A stretch of 64,000 nucleotides of DNA. Source: Blastocladiella emersonii ATCC 22665 (Eukaryota > Fungi > Blastocladiomycota). A program made the translations under genes and the position numbers. The notes under the pieces are model-generated. The model searched no databases, was not told the origin of the DNA, and saw nothing but the letters and a program-made list of their open reading frames with translations. The stretch is from contig JANHCV010000004.1 in NCBI GenBank assembly GCA_025594325.1, forward strand, positions 372,001-436,000. Direction: 5' to 3'. This document shows, in pieces, positions 35,612 through 47,638 of the stretch; position 1 is the first letter of the stretch; each line of letters begins with the position of its first letter.

Positions 35612-35750
35612 TCGCGCTTTCCGGCTGACGCGCACGTGATGCTCTAGAGCGCTTCTCTTCGGTCCTGCCGGCGCGGGTCCAGTCTCCTCAGCTAGCTCAT
35701 GTAACTTGCCGCAGGCACTCGTATTGCCGAACCGACTCTACGCAACGACC

Positions 35751-38018
35751 ATGTCCGACTCGGAGGATGACTTTGGCCCGATGCCCGCGCCGGCGCCCGC
35801 CGCCGCCGACGACGCGGACCGCCCCAAGAAGCGCTCCAAGTGTGCGCGTCGCTGGCCCACCTCCGACCCTGTGCTTCAGTCTTCTGACGCTAGGTTACCC
35901 GTCAACTAGTCAACCCGGCCCACGAGAAACTGTACCTCGCGCAGCTGCCGAGCGCTGAGCTGTACGAAAAGTCGTACATGCACCGCGACGTGCTCACGTT
36001 CACGGCGGTGACCAAGTACGCATTCATTCCCGCTGCAGTTGGCCAAGTGGCTAACACCGCTTCGCGCGCGCAGAACCGAGTTTGTGATCACGGCGTCGGT
36101 CGATGGTCACCTCAAGTTCTGGAAGAAGACCGAGGACGGGATCGAGTTTGTCAAGCACTTTCGCGCGCATCTCGGTACGTGGGCTCCCTCGGCGGCGCGT
36201 CGGCCCGCGGCGACGCTCACACTCCGCACGCGCGTGTAGGCGAGATCTGCGGGATCAGCGTCAACCACCAGGGCACGCTGCTCGCGACCATCAGCCCGAC
36301 CAAGGAGATCAAGATCTTTGACGTGACCAACTTTGGTATGTCGCGCGCATCACTGCTGATTCATGACGGCCGAAACTCACTGATCGATCTTTGCGTTGAC
36401 AGACATGATCAACATGATCTCGCTGCCGTTCGTGCCCGCGACCGTGTGCTGGGCGTTCCAGCCTGACCAGCCGTTCAACGTCGTGGCAGTGTACGTTTCC
36501 TCGCCGAGCGCGTCCATGACACGGCACTCATCGCGGCGATACCTAGATCCGACGCAAACAACGGCAACGTATACCTGCTCGACGGCAAGGGTACCGGCGA
36601 GATTCTGCACACGGTCAAGCTGCACAAGGAGCCCGTCGTGGTCATGAAGGTGCGTCCCCGACCGCTCGCTCGTGCAGCTCGCGAACGCTAACACTCGTCA
36701 TCTACCCCAGTACAACGTGCTGTACAACACGGTGGTCAGCGTCGACCAGTCCGGGATGATGGAGTACTGGACGCCCGAGGAGCCGTTCGAGGCGCCGCGG
36801 CAGCACGTCGAGTGGGAGTTCAAGTCGGACACGGACCTGTACGAGTTCCGCAAGGCGCGGGCGGTTCCGTCGAGCCTCGAGTTCTCGCCCAACTGCCAGT
36901 ACTTTGTGACGTACGGTCTCGCCGACCGCACGGTGCGCGTGTGGCGGTTCGCGACGGCCAAGCTGTTCCGCAAGTACGACGAGTCGCTGCAGGTCATCAG
37001 CGAGATGCAGCAGGCCGGGACCGCGATCGCGCGGCTCGACGACATGGAGTTTGGCCGCCGGCTCGCCGTCGAGCGCGACCTCGAGGCCAACGCCGTGGCG
37101 CGCCGCTACGTCAACGCCATCTTCGACGCGTCCTCCAATTTCGTCCTGTACCCGACGCTGCTCGGCGTCAAGATCGTGCACATCTACGGCAACAGGGTCA
37201 GCGCGCTGGTCGGCGGCGCCGAGACGCTCCGGTTCCTGCACCTCGCGCTGTACCAGGGCGCGCCCAAGCGCAAGAAGGTGCACACGCTGCAGATGGCCGC
37301 GTCCGAGAACCCGGCGCTCGCCGAGGCCGCCGCCGTCGACCCGGTCCTCGTCGCCACCGCGTACAAGAAGAACCGGTTCTTCCTGTTCTCGCGGCGCGAC
37401 CCCGCCGAGGCCGGGTCGGGCGGCAAGGACGACCCCGGTGCCAGCGCGCTGTCGACGGGCCGCGACGTGTTCAACGAGAAGCCGACCAAGGAGGAGCAGA
37501 CGGTAGCGAGCATCACGGCGACGGGGTCGCGCGCCGCCGTGCTCGCGTCGCAGGCGACGCTGCACACGACCGCGGGCGACATCACCGTCAAGCTGTTCCC
37601 GGACCACACGCCGCGGACCGTCGAGAACTGGTGCACGCACGCCCGGAACAACTACTACAACGGGCACCTGTTCCACCGCGTCATCAAGGACTTTATGCTG
37701 CAGACGGGCGACCCCAAGGGCGACGGGACGGGCGGCGAGTCGTGCTGGGGCGGCGAGTTTGACGACGAGATCGTGGCCGAGCTCCGCCACGACCGCCCGG
37801 GTACCCTCGCCATGGCCAACGCCGGGCCCAACACCAACGGATCGCAGTTCTACATCACGACCACGGGGGCGACGCCGTGGCTCGACGGGAAACACACGGT
37901 GTTCGGCCGCGTCATCAACGGCATGGACGTGGTCCACGCGATCGAGGCCACGCCCGTCGACAAGAACGACCGCCCGCTGCGCGATATCTTGATTGTGAGT
38001 ATCACGCTCAAGCAGTAA
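35751..38018 (+). CDS. PPWD1: Peptidyl-prolyl isomerase with WD40 repeats (cyclophilin 71 family), multi-exon
   Basis: YEKSYMHRD; [14 protein letters not shown]; [10 protein letters not shown]; cyclophilin domain [48 protein letters not shown]. Confidence 0.95.
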
Positions 38019-38097
38019 GAGGAACGAACAGTTTTGGGGGGGAGGTGGGGGTCAAAATTGCAGTCGTTTAGTGTATCATTATCGTGCTCATCGTCAA

Positions 38098-40185
38098 TCA
38101 TTCAGCAGGTGGAGGCAGCGCGGATCCAGCCGCGCCCGCCTCGCTCGTGTTCGTGTTCGCGGGACCCGACCACGCCGTCGCTGGGCCGCGCCATGGCTCG
38201 CGCGGCAGCTGCTGGCGGTGCGACGGCGGCGGACCGAGCGGCAGCGAGTTGGCCCCGTTGCCCAGGCCCGCGCCCGCCCGGCCCGGCGGCGGCGGGAGCA
38301 GGATCGGTGCCGGCCACCGCTGGCCCTGGCCAGTCGATGGGTGCGGCAGCGGAAGAGGCAGCGGGATCGGGTTCCACCCAGCCGTCGTCGAGGTCGAAGT
38401 CGCGGACCACGGGTGCGTCTTGTTGTCGCGGTGGCCGCCGCTCGTGGGCACCGCACTGCCGGGCGTCGGCGGGCGCGGCTCGATGAAGGACGCGACGGGC
38501 GGGAGCGTGGTCGCGCCCGACGACGGCGGCGGGAGTGCGCGGTGGTAGTGGTGCGGGTGCACGGGCGACTGGCCGGCGGACGAGCCCGAGACGGGCGGCG
38601 TGGGCGCGAACGGTGGCGAGCGCGATGAGGACGCGGAGGCCGGCGGGTGCTCGGTGCGTGGCCGCTTCCACGACGCGTGTGGGTCGGTGGGCCGGCTACT
38701 GGCGCGCTGCTCGGGCTGCGGCGGCGGGAGCTGGCCGTGCGCGTGGCCGTGGTGCGCGGACCAGCTGGCCGGCGGGAAACTCGACGACGGCGGCGGGTGC
38801 GTGAACCCGGCCGCGGTCGCGCTGTGCGGCCGCTTACGCTGCGATGACGACACCCCAGCATGCTGCTGATCGTAGTGGTGATGATGGTGGTACGCCGGAT
38901 ACCCCGCCGCGGCGGCGCCAGGACTCGCGAGATTCGGCTCGTGCGCGGACCGCGCGGTGAGCGGCGGCGACTGGATCCAGCTGCTCGCCGCCGAGGTCGT
39001 CGACGGCAGCGGCGCGGATCCCGGCGCCGGCGGGAGCACGGGCCGGCTGCCCTGGTGGTTCCGGAAGCCCGTGTCGAGCAGCGGGACGGGCGGCGGCGGG
39101 AGCGTGGGGCGCGGTGGGTACTGGCGGTGGTGTTGGTGTTGGTGATGGTCGGCGGGAGCGGCGGCGTGGTACGCGGGCGGATGGCTGTACTCGTGGCGCG
39201 CATAGCCGTCGGCGTGGTGGTGGGTTACGGAAGCGGACACGGCGGGCGCGGGCGCGGGGGCCGAGGTCGGCGGCGGGTACTCGTGCCGCGCGTAGCCGTC
39301 GGGGTGGGCCGAGGTCGGTGGCGGGGCGGCGGAGACGGGTGGTGGCGGGTGGTAGCCGTGGCCGGGGTGGCCGCCGTAGGGCTGCGCCGGCCGCTGGTCG
39401 TAGTGCGGGTGCGGGGCCGCATACGGCTGCTCGTTGGCGGCAGGCTGTTGGAGCGGCTGGAGGAGCTGCGGGCGCTGGTGGTGCGGGACCGGCCGGGGCT
39501 GCTGCGCGGCGGTGGCGGCAGCAGGCGGGGGCACGGGGTGCTGGTTCGAGGCGGCGGAGATGAGCATCGACTCGGCGGCTGGCACGATCACGGCGGGCGT
39601 GGCGGGCATGGCGGCGGCGGCCGTCGATGGCCGCGGTGGTGGTGCTGGGCGCGACCGCGGAGGAGCTTCATCGTCAGACCCGTTACTGCCTCCGTCAGCA
39701 TCCTCGCCGTCGTACTCGGCAGTGTCCGCGGTATCCCCATTGGCGAGCCACTCGGCCTTGAGCGCGTCGTCGTAGGCCGAGGGCGCGAGGTCCTCGCCGT
39801 CGTTCTCGACGTACTAGGCGCGGATTCGGGGTCAGCGATGGACAGATGGGACCAAGCGACCAAGAACACGTACGTCGGCGGCGGTGCGCAGCTCGTGGTG
39901 CTTGTCGTATGCGGCGTAGCGCAGCAGCACGTCGTCCGTGTTGCCGTGGGTGGTAAACTCGAAGAGCTTGCCCGAGGACGAAAAGTAGATGCAGGCGACC
40001 TGGCACCCGCACATGACCGACAGCTCGTACAGCTTGCGGTTGATGGCCTGCTTGCGCTTGACGAAGACGATCTGGGGGGTGGGTAGGGCGGGTCAGTGGG
40101 TGTCGAGGAGGGGGGCAGCGGCAAGACGGACCTGGCGCGTGCGCGTCTCCTGGATGTACTCGATCTTGATGCGGCGGCGGCCCAT
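38098..40185 (-). CDS. MADS-box transcription factor (MEF2/Rlm1-like) with long Pro/His-rich C-terminus
   Basis: Exon 1 MGRRRIKIEYIQETRTRQ (40185-40132), intron, then IVFVKRKQAINRKLYELSVMCGCQVACIYFSSSGKLFEF; second intron ~39870-39817; continues into the 503-aa ORF. Confidence 0.9.
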
Positions 40186-42517
40186 GGTGGATGGTGGTGG
40201 GTAGTGTCAAGGAGAAGAGCGGAGCACAACGGAGCTGACGAGGGTCCCTGAATCGACGGTGCCGTGACGCGTCGCGCAGATGGGACGCGTGTCGCGGCGA
40301 GCCGGCGGGCTTGGCGGCGCGGGAGACAATCGCTGCACAGACGCGCGTGGTATGCGGGGTCAGTCCAGCTCTTTATACTCTTCAGAGCGAAGAGAGAGAG
40401 GAAGGATGCGGGGCCCCCGGCTCGGCCGGTCCCAGTCGCGGAACGTTTGCGCAGGTCGTGCCGCGCGCGCCGCACTGCACGGGCAACGTGGGCCCGCGCG
40501 AGCCGCGCGACCCGCGCACGCCTTGCCGCAGAACGGCGCCGCATGACGTGCGAGCAACCGCAAGCGCAAGGCAAGCGGCGCGTGTGGCGGCGGCGGCGGC
40601 GGAGCGCGGGCCGAGACGCGGAGGTTTCCGACCTGGTGGTTCAGGGCTCCGCCGCTGCCGTCATCCACCGGGTCGCCGCGGACGGGCGGGCGGGCGGGCG
40701 GGCGGGCGGATGGACAACGAGGAAACGAAAAATCCCGCGCGGGAGGAGCCGAGAGGGACGACTGCCGAGCCGGAAGGTTGCTGCTTGAGGGGAGGGAGGA
40801 GGACGAGCGAGAAAGCAACGTACCGAGACCGAATTCGACGGCTCGTTGAGCCCAAGGTCGCGCGAGGCAGGCACGTCGATGGACCTGGCCGACCGGGGGA
40901 CGCGTCGCCGATCGAGGCCGAGGCGCGGGATGCGTGTTGCGTTACGCGTGTGCGGCAAGCCGAACGAGGTGGGTTGGGTCGGATCGCCGGGTCGGGCTTG
41001 AGCAGGAGCTGGATCAGATCAGCTCGGACTCGGCCAGGAGAGCGAGGGCGAGATGACGGACGACCCAAAAGGAGAGCGAGGACGGGGCGCGGGAGATAAC
41101 GAGCGAGATGGGGACTGGGTGTGCGGACACAGCGAACCACACGAGGCCACGGGCCCGATCGACTGCACGGGTATGCGGAAGTGCCCGAACGAGGGTTGGC
41201 GCCGGGTTCGGATAAATGCGACGTGTCGTCTTGGCGGGCCGAGCTGCCTGGCCAGGCTGCGATGGGCGATGCGGAGTCAGCGGCCGACGCGCGGGGTCGT
41301 CGGGTGGGTGTGTTTAAGGCTGAGGTGCGAGCGGACTACGTGGTGGTGGTGATGGCGACGTTCGAGTCAGTCGCGGCAACGGGGATTGCGGGGGTGGTGA
41401 TGGTGGCCATGGTAAGTGCGCGTCGGCGTCGGCGATGGCCGAGGCCATGGTGGCCACGACGCCCAGAAGCGATCGCGCGGCGCTGGCAAGGCCCAACACC
41501 TGGCCGGGCGCGCACCCGACGCGTGCGAGGGCTGCGCGAGGAGCGCGGGCCAGGAGCTGCCGAGGGGGAGACGGTTCACATGCGTGTCGGCGGCCACCCG
41601 ATGGAGGCGCGATGACGACGCGGTCGGGGCGGGAGACGTGCGGACGTACGGTCGCGGGTCGTGTAGCGCGAGAGAAAGGGAGCAGCAGCACGAAGGACGG
41701 CGGGTGTGGCCGAGCTTTATACGATCAGGCAGTGCCGGCTCGCGTGGCCAGGGTGAGCAAGCCGGTGGGCGGCGGGGCGACGGAGCGGCGGCGCCAAGCG
41801 CTGAAGTGCGTGGCGCGGAAGTCGGGCGCTGGGTGGCAACGTAAACGATCACGGAAGGGAGGAAATGAGCGTGGAGTGCCGAGCTTTCCGCGGTGGCCAG
41901 CAGCAGTGCGTGCATTGCGGCGGCATCTCGGATCTTCAGTGCTTTGGACTCGGCCGCCGCCACGGGGCGGCGAGCGTTGCTAGCTTCGCCGTGGCGGTGG
42001 CTCATGGTCTCGAGTTCTCGGAACGCTCGAGTCGTCGGCGATGGAATATCTAGCGCGCACGGGGCTGGTGCTTCAGCGGTTCATGACCGACGTCATGTTG
42101 CCACGCTTGTAGCCGTTACAGCTGCTCATCACTCGCACATGCGCAAGCAAGCGGGTGACCGAGGATGACCAGTTTCTTAGGGTGCGCGACACGGCCTGAG
42201 TGGCAGGGAGCGCGAGTATAGGCAGGGAGCGTTTCGCCGAGCACGCTGTGCTTCGGCAGGCAGGCCGTGCCGCCCTTCGCTGCCACAAAGTTCAATCTCG
42301 AGGAGTAACGTCTGGGAGGCGACGTTACTCAGGGAGACGAGTCGGTGCGGCGAGTCGGTGCGGCGAGATCGCGCGCATGGCCACGTGTCTCGCACGTTCC
42401 GGAGACGCGTCGCACAATAACGTGACCGCGGCGGATCCGACTTTTCCCCCTCGCGCGCGGGTCGGCCGATTTGTCAGCAGTCCATCGCCGCCCCGCTCCC
42501 CTCCTCCCCGCCGAACC

Positions 42518-44503
42518 ATGGATCCACCACTAGACTCGAACTCGATGCAACACCCGGACCTGCCGAGCGACGTGCTGACGCCGATCCTCGCCTTCCTGCC
42601 GCTCGCCGCGCTGCTCGCGTGCCGGGGCGTGTGCCGGGACTGGCGCGCGGCCGCTGACGACGACGCCGTGTGGCGGCGATACTTGCGCGCGCGGTACCCG
42701 CTGGGCGGTGTTCCCGCGACCTGCCCGCTGTCCTCCTGGCTCGCGTACGCGAAACACCGGCGCGCGGCGGACGTGGCAGCGGTGCACGTCGTGCAGTCGC
42801 TGCGGTTCCGCGAGTCGCACGTGCCGCCCGACGACCCGATCCACGCGCAGCTCGCGGCCTGGCTGCACGCGTCGGCGGACGCGCGGGTCGTTGCGGCAGA
42901 CGTCGTCGATGCGCTCACGTACACGCGCGACGCAATGGCGAGCACGCTGTCGGAGCGCCGCGCCGCGTACCTCGTCCTGCGCCGGCTAAGGTGGCTGTGG
43001 AATCTCGACCAGCTCGAGACGGCGCTTTCGTCGGAATCAGCGCCCGTCGCCGCCGTCGAGCGCGCATGGGCGCTCGTCTCGGCCGCGCGGCTGGTGCACC
43101 TCGACCCGGCGACGCAGGTCGTCGCGCCGCTGGAGCGCGAGCTCGATGCACTCGCCGCCGGGTTCCGCCCCGCCGCCCCCGCGAGCGACGTGTACGCACG
43201 CGTCGTCGAGCTCGGCGCGTACCTGTTCAGCGGCGCCGGCGCGGGGGTCTCGCCGCCGTTCCGCGGCAACGTCGAGGATTTCGGGAACCCCGCCAACTCG
43301 TACCTGCACACGGTCCTCGCCACGCGGCGCGGGCTGCCCATTGCGCTGTGTATCCTCCTCGCGAGCGTCGCGCGGCGCGTCAGTCCGCCGATCGAGATCT
43401 CGCTGGCCAACTTCCCGTCGCACTTTCTCGCGCGCATCGACGTCCCGCGCGCCGAAGGCGAACCGGCGACGTTTCTGCTCGACCCGTTCAGCTACGACCC
43501 CGCGCGGCCCGAGTCCTCATGGATCGCGCCTTTATCCACCTGGGTCGCGCGCCTGACGCACGTCGCGTGGCACCCAAGCATGACGTCCCCCGCGCCGCCC
43601 CGCTCGGTCCTCACGCGCGTCCTGAACAACCTCGAGGGCGTGTACACGGGCCGGATCCGCACGCCTCCAACCCTCCCCGGCGGCGCACCCCCACCACCAC
43701 CACCGCTCGCCATGCACCACCTGTACCGCGTCCACGCGCTGCTGCTACACATCTCGCCGGCCCCCATCGCCAACACGCACGCGGGCATGTCGAGCTTCCA
43801 GGTCGCGTGGCACCTGCTCAACGAGACGGCGGCCGTGCTCGACGCCCCCGACATGTTCGCCGCGGTGCGCCGCCGCGGCCACTCGTCCGCGAGCTTGCGG
43901 CTCATCCCGATGCTCGTGGCCGGCGTCCAGCGCGACGTCGCGCCGCTCGCGGGGACGTACCCGCCCGCGCGCTCGACGTCGCCGGTGGCGGGACCCGAGC
44001 CGATGCACAACGTCGGCGCCCTCGTCCGCCACGCCGCGCACGGGTACACGGCGGTGGTCGTCGCCGCACACGCCGTGTGCCGCGCGGCCGACGACCCGGC
44101 GTGGGCGGCGGCGGCCTTGGGCGCGGGGACCGGGGGAGGGCTGAGGCGAGGGACGAACCAGCCGTTCTACGCGGTGCTCGTCGCGGGCGCCGCCGAGTAC
44201 CCGCCAAGGCCGCGGTATGTCGCGCACGAGGTGCTGGTGCCTTTGGGGGAGGAAGCGGGAAAGGTGCTGGGCGAGGTCGGGTGGACGCGCGCCGTGGTCC
44301 CGCAAACCGGGCGCGGGTGGCTCGCCGCAGACCTCGGGGTGCCACCTCCGCCAAAACGCGAGGGCGTGTACGACGCGAGCCTGGGCGAGATGCAGGACGA
44401 GCCGCTGGACGTGCTGGTGCTGCGCGATCTCGGGCGCGCGTTTGACCGCGCGGACGTGGCGCGGGCGCGGTTTGTGCGCGACGATGAGGCGGGTGAAGGG
44501 TAA
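42518..44503 (+). CDS. F-box protein with transglutaminase-like (SirB1) and YccV-like domains (FBXO21-like)
   Basis: F-box LPSDVLTPILAFLP...VCRDWR; FRGNVEDFGNPANSYLHTVLATRRGLPIAL; HNVGALVRHAAHGYTAVV...QPFYAVLV...RYVAHE. Confidence 0.85.
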   Translation: MDPPLDSNSMQHPDLPSDVLTPILAFLPLAALLACRGVCRDWRAAADDDAVWRRYLRARYPLGGVPATCPLSSWLAYAKHRRAADVAAVHVVQSLRFRESHVPPDDPIHAQLAAWLHASADARVVAADVVDALTYTRDAMASTLSERRAAYLVLRRLRWLWNLDQLETALSSESAPVAAVERAWALVSAARLVHLDPATQVVAPLERELDALAAGFRPAAPASDVYARVVELGAYLFSGAGAGVSPPFRGNVEDFGNPANSYLHTVLATRRGLPIALCILLASVARRVSPPIEISLANFPSHFLARIDVPRAEGEPATFLLDPFSYDPARPESSWIAPLSTWVARLTHVAWHPSMTSPAPPRSVLTRVLNNLEGVYTGRIRTPPTLPGGAPPPPPPLAMHHLYRVHALLLHISPAPIANTHAGMSSFQVAWHLLNETAAVLDAPDMFAAVRRRGHSSASLRLIPMLVAGVQRDVAPLAGTYPPARSTSPVAGPEPMHNVGALVRHAAHGYTAVVVAAHAVCRAADDPAWAAAALGAGTGGGLRRGTNQPFYAVLVAGAAEYPPRPRYVAHEVLVPLGEEAGKVLGEVGWTRAVVPQTGRGWLAADLGVPPPPKREGVYDASLGEMQDEPLDVLVLRDLGRAFDRADVARARFVRDDEAGEG

Positions 44504-44623
44504 CATTGTGTGTGTATTGCCATTGAAGGGGGGAGAAACTAGAGAGAGGGGAGGGGAGAGGGACTTCCACGTTCCCGCACGCGGCGCGCACGGCAGAGAA
44601 GAAGAAGACATTGCGCCGCGAGC

Positions 44624-47287
44624 TTACTCGGACTTGGGCTTCCCGTTGGCGTCTGGCCGGGGCGGGAGCGGGGGTTTCTCGGCGCCGCCCGCCGCGGTCG
44701 CCGTGGTGGTGTTCATGGAGTGCATGACGTACTCGTTGACGGACCCGACGATCCCGCGCCCGCCCGTGGCCTCGTGCACCTTCTCGCCGACCTGGCGCGC
44801 GACCTCGGCGCCGACGCGCGACCCGACGACCATGAGCGGGCCGGACATGCCCGTCGCGTACACGACGAACCCGACGGCGCCGAGGAAGATGAGGAACAGG
44901 AGCAGCATCGGGCTGCGCAGCAGCTCAACAAACTCGTTCCACCCGAGGACCACCATGACGCCGAGCAGCCACCGCGGGATGTGCGCCTGCGTGGCCACCA
45001 CCGACCGCTTCGCGTCCGTGTACATGGCGTCGGCCTCGAGCCGGAACCGCGACTGCAGCGTCGCCGTCTTGGACGCGGGCAGCAGCGGCTTGCGCAGCGC
45101 GACGATCGACCGGTGCAGCTCGTCGGCGACCGCCTCGTCGACGCCGCCCGACGCGAACAGGCTGCGGGTGCCCTCGCCGCTCTCGCCGGCCTTGCCGTTG
45201 ATGCCGAGACTCGCCTCGAGCGCGGTCACGGACGGCAGGTCCGCGACAACAAACGCCTGCAGGGTGTTCTGGGCGACCTCGCGGGCGCGGCGGTACGCGC
45301 CGTCGATATCGTCGGACGGCTTCCAGACGCGGGGCACGCCGTGCTCGTCGTAGCGGAAGCTGGCCTCGAACGTGTGCTTGAGCTTCTGGACGAGCGCGGC
45401 TTCCGTGGTGGCCGTCGCAAGCGCGTCACGGAGGGACGTGATGCTGGCGGTACGCAGGGCGGCAATGCGCGCGTCGCGCTCCGCGTCCGTGATGCGCAGC
45501 GCCGTGGCGCGCGTGGTCAGGTCCTCCTCGGCCGAGCTCAGCTCGTCGCGGAACACGGCGTCGACGCGCGGCCACATGTCGGCGGTCGGCGTCGCCAGCA
45601 GCTCGGCGACCGCGTCGGGCAGGTCGCTCTGCACCTTGCGCTCCACGGCGTGCACGAGCTTGGCCAGCTCGTCGTCGCGCCGCTGCTGGATCAGGTGGTC
45701 GAGCTCGTCGCGGAGCGCCGCGGCCGGCTCGTCGAACGACCACTCGGCCTCGGTCATGCGCGAGGCTACAGATGGGAGTGGGTGAGTGGGCGCTCGCGGT
45801 ACGTGTGAGAAGCGAGCGTACAGGTGGCAATGTTGGAAAAGTAGGCGAGGACCTCGGTCTGGGCGGCCTCGACGACGTTGTAGAAGTCGGCCGACTTGGC
45901 CTTGAGGCGGAACTAGAGGACGTACACACAAGTCAGCAACGGAGACCAAAACCTGAACCCGCGAAAAACGTACGTCGAGACTGCTCTTGAAAAGGACAAC
46001 AGCGCGGCGATGCGCGTTGCGCAGCTGGCCCGAGTAGGCGATGAACGCGGCGGCGTGGGCGCGGTCAACGAGGTCGCGGCGCTTGCGCTGGTAGACGGCC
46101 TTGTGGTAGCGCGAGGCCTGGGTGTCGAAGGGGGCGAGGGCGGCGTCGAGGGCGGCGTTGAGGGTCGCGCCGAGCGTCTCGACGACGTTGCCCGCATCGA
46201 CCTGGGTCTTGGCCGCGACGACGGCGGTCGTGAACCCGTCGAGCGCCGTGGCGGCGAGCTCGTCGCAGCGGAACTGGGCGAGAAGCTCCTGCTGCGACGG
46301 CAGGTCGAGGTCGCGGTTCGAGTTGATCTGGGCCCAAATGTCGCGCGCAAAGTGCGGGAAGCCGTCGGCGGGGATGCCCTTCTTGTAGTGCGGGCGGAAC
46401 ACGTAGTCGAGATGGTACGGGTCGACGAAGCGGCGGCGCAGGGCGGAGGCCTCGGCCTCAAAGTCCTTGGGCATGAGGCGCTTGTGCGGCAGCGAGGTGA
46501 AGGTCACGTCAAAGAACTGCTGCAGCGTGGAGTCCTCGAGCCCGGCGGGCTTGGCGAGCGAGGCCCAGATCTTGTTGAGGTCGGCCGAGACCGTGTCGGC
46601 GAGGTTGGCGAGCGGGGTGCCCGAGGCGTGGTCGCGGATGACGAAGAAGAGGTGGGTCTTGGGGGCGTTCTTCTTCTGGAACAGCTGCAGGTTGACCTCC
46701 ATGACCGTCTTGAGCAGGCCCATGTTGGCGCCGTGGTACAGGCCGACCATGTGCTCCCACATGTTGAGGATGATGACCTCGGCAATGGCGAGCGCGAACA
46801 GCGACGACTTGCGCTCGAAGTCCTGGTCCTCGCCGCGCTCGCGGCCGTCGGTGCCCTCCACGTCCATGACGAGCGTCGGCAGCGCGGGCGCGCGCGCGAG
46901 CCAGATGCCCTTGGTCGTCTGGCCGCGCGACGCCTCGTTCATGACGGCAAAGTCGGTCTGGAACAGGCGGTTGAGCAGCGTCGACTTGCCCGTCGACTGC
47001 GACCCGAACACGGCCACCAGGTTGTAGTCGAAGCCGCGGCCCGCCATGTCCCAGGTGCGCTCCATGTACGCCTCGAGGTCGGCCGAGAAGTCCTTGTTCT
47101 CGTCGATGATCTGCAGCCGCGGCGTCGGGCCGTCGGCGTGGGGAGCGGCGCCGTGGCCGTTGCCGTTGGGCGGCAGGTCGCGCGACGTCGGCTCGGGCGG
47201 CGACATGGGGAGCGGGGCGGCGGCGGTAGCGGGGCTGTGCGCGTCGGTGGCCTCGTTCGGCGGCGACGAGATGTCCCAGTTGGACAT
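44624..47287 (-). CDS. SEY1: Dynamin-like ER fusion GTPase Sey1/RHD3 (two short introns near 45.8-46.0 kb)
   Basis: VAVFGSQSTGKSTLLN; TTKGIW; MDVEGTDGRERGEDQDFERKSSLF; C-terminal TM hairpin LGWNEF...LLFLIFLG. Confidence 0.96.
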   Translation of the reverse strand: MSNWDISSPPNEATDAHSPATAAAPLPMSPPEPTSRDLPPNGNGHGAAPHADGPTPRLQIIDENKDFSADLEAYMERTWDMAGRGFDYNLVAVFGSQSTGKSTLLNRLFQTDFAVMNEASRGQTTKGIWLARAPALPTLVMDVEGTDGRERGEDQDFERKSSLFALAIAEVIILNMWEHMVGLYHGANMGLLKTVMEVNLQLFQKKNAPKTHLFFVIRDHASGTPLANLADTVSADLNKIWASLAKPAGLEDSTLQQFFDVTFTSLPHKRLMPKDFEAEASALRRRFVDPYHLDYVFRPHYKKGIPADGFPHFARDIWAQINSNRDLDLPSQQELLAQFRCDELAATALDGFTTAVVAAKTQVDAGNVVETLGATLNAALDAALAPFDTQASRYHKAVYQRKRRDLVDRAHAAAFIAYSGQLRNAHRRAVVLFKSSLDVRFSRVQVLVSVADLCVRPLVPPQGQVGRLLQRRRGRPDRGPRLLFQHCHLYARFSHVPRAPTHPLPSVASRMTEAEWSFDEPAAALRDELDHLIQQRRDDELAKLVHAVERKVQSDLPDAVAELLATPTADMWPRVDAVFRDELSSAEEDLTTRATALRITDAERDARIAALRTASITSLRDALATATTEAALVQKLKHTFEASFRYDEHGVPRVWKPSDDIDGAYRRAREVAQNTLQAFVVADLPSVTALEASLGINGKAGESGEGTRSLFASGGVDEAVADELHRSIVALRKPLLPASKTATLQSRFRLEADAMYTDAKRSVVATQAHIPRWLLGVMVVLGWNEFVELLRSPMLLLFLIFLGAVGFVVYATGMSGPLMVVGSRVGAEVARQVGEKVHEATGGRGIVGSVNEYVMHSMNTTTATAAGGAEKPPLPPRPDANGKPKSE

Positions 47288-47638
47288 GCTACTGGCGGTG
47301 TTGGCGATGAGTTGGTGGTGGTCGGTGGCGCATCATCATCGGCCAGCGCGCGATCGCATAGCATACGTTTACGTGGCAGGGAGTCTGGGAGAGCGTGAGA
47401 GGGCGTGCAGGCCGGGCGGCACTTTGAGTTGAAGAGGAGAGCGGGGGCCGATGGCGCAGGAGAACGGGCGCCTTCGGTTCCGCAGGCGAGGTGAGGCACC
47501 ACTCGAAACCGCCAGCGCCACGCTGAAAAACGCGCGTGGATCAGCGTCACATGACCCAAGTTGACGTCACTCGAGCGCCCCAAAACGGTAGTGTCTCGCG
47601 CTTCTCGTTTGTCTCCACCGTCTCCCCCCGAAATCGCC

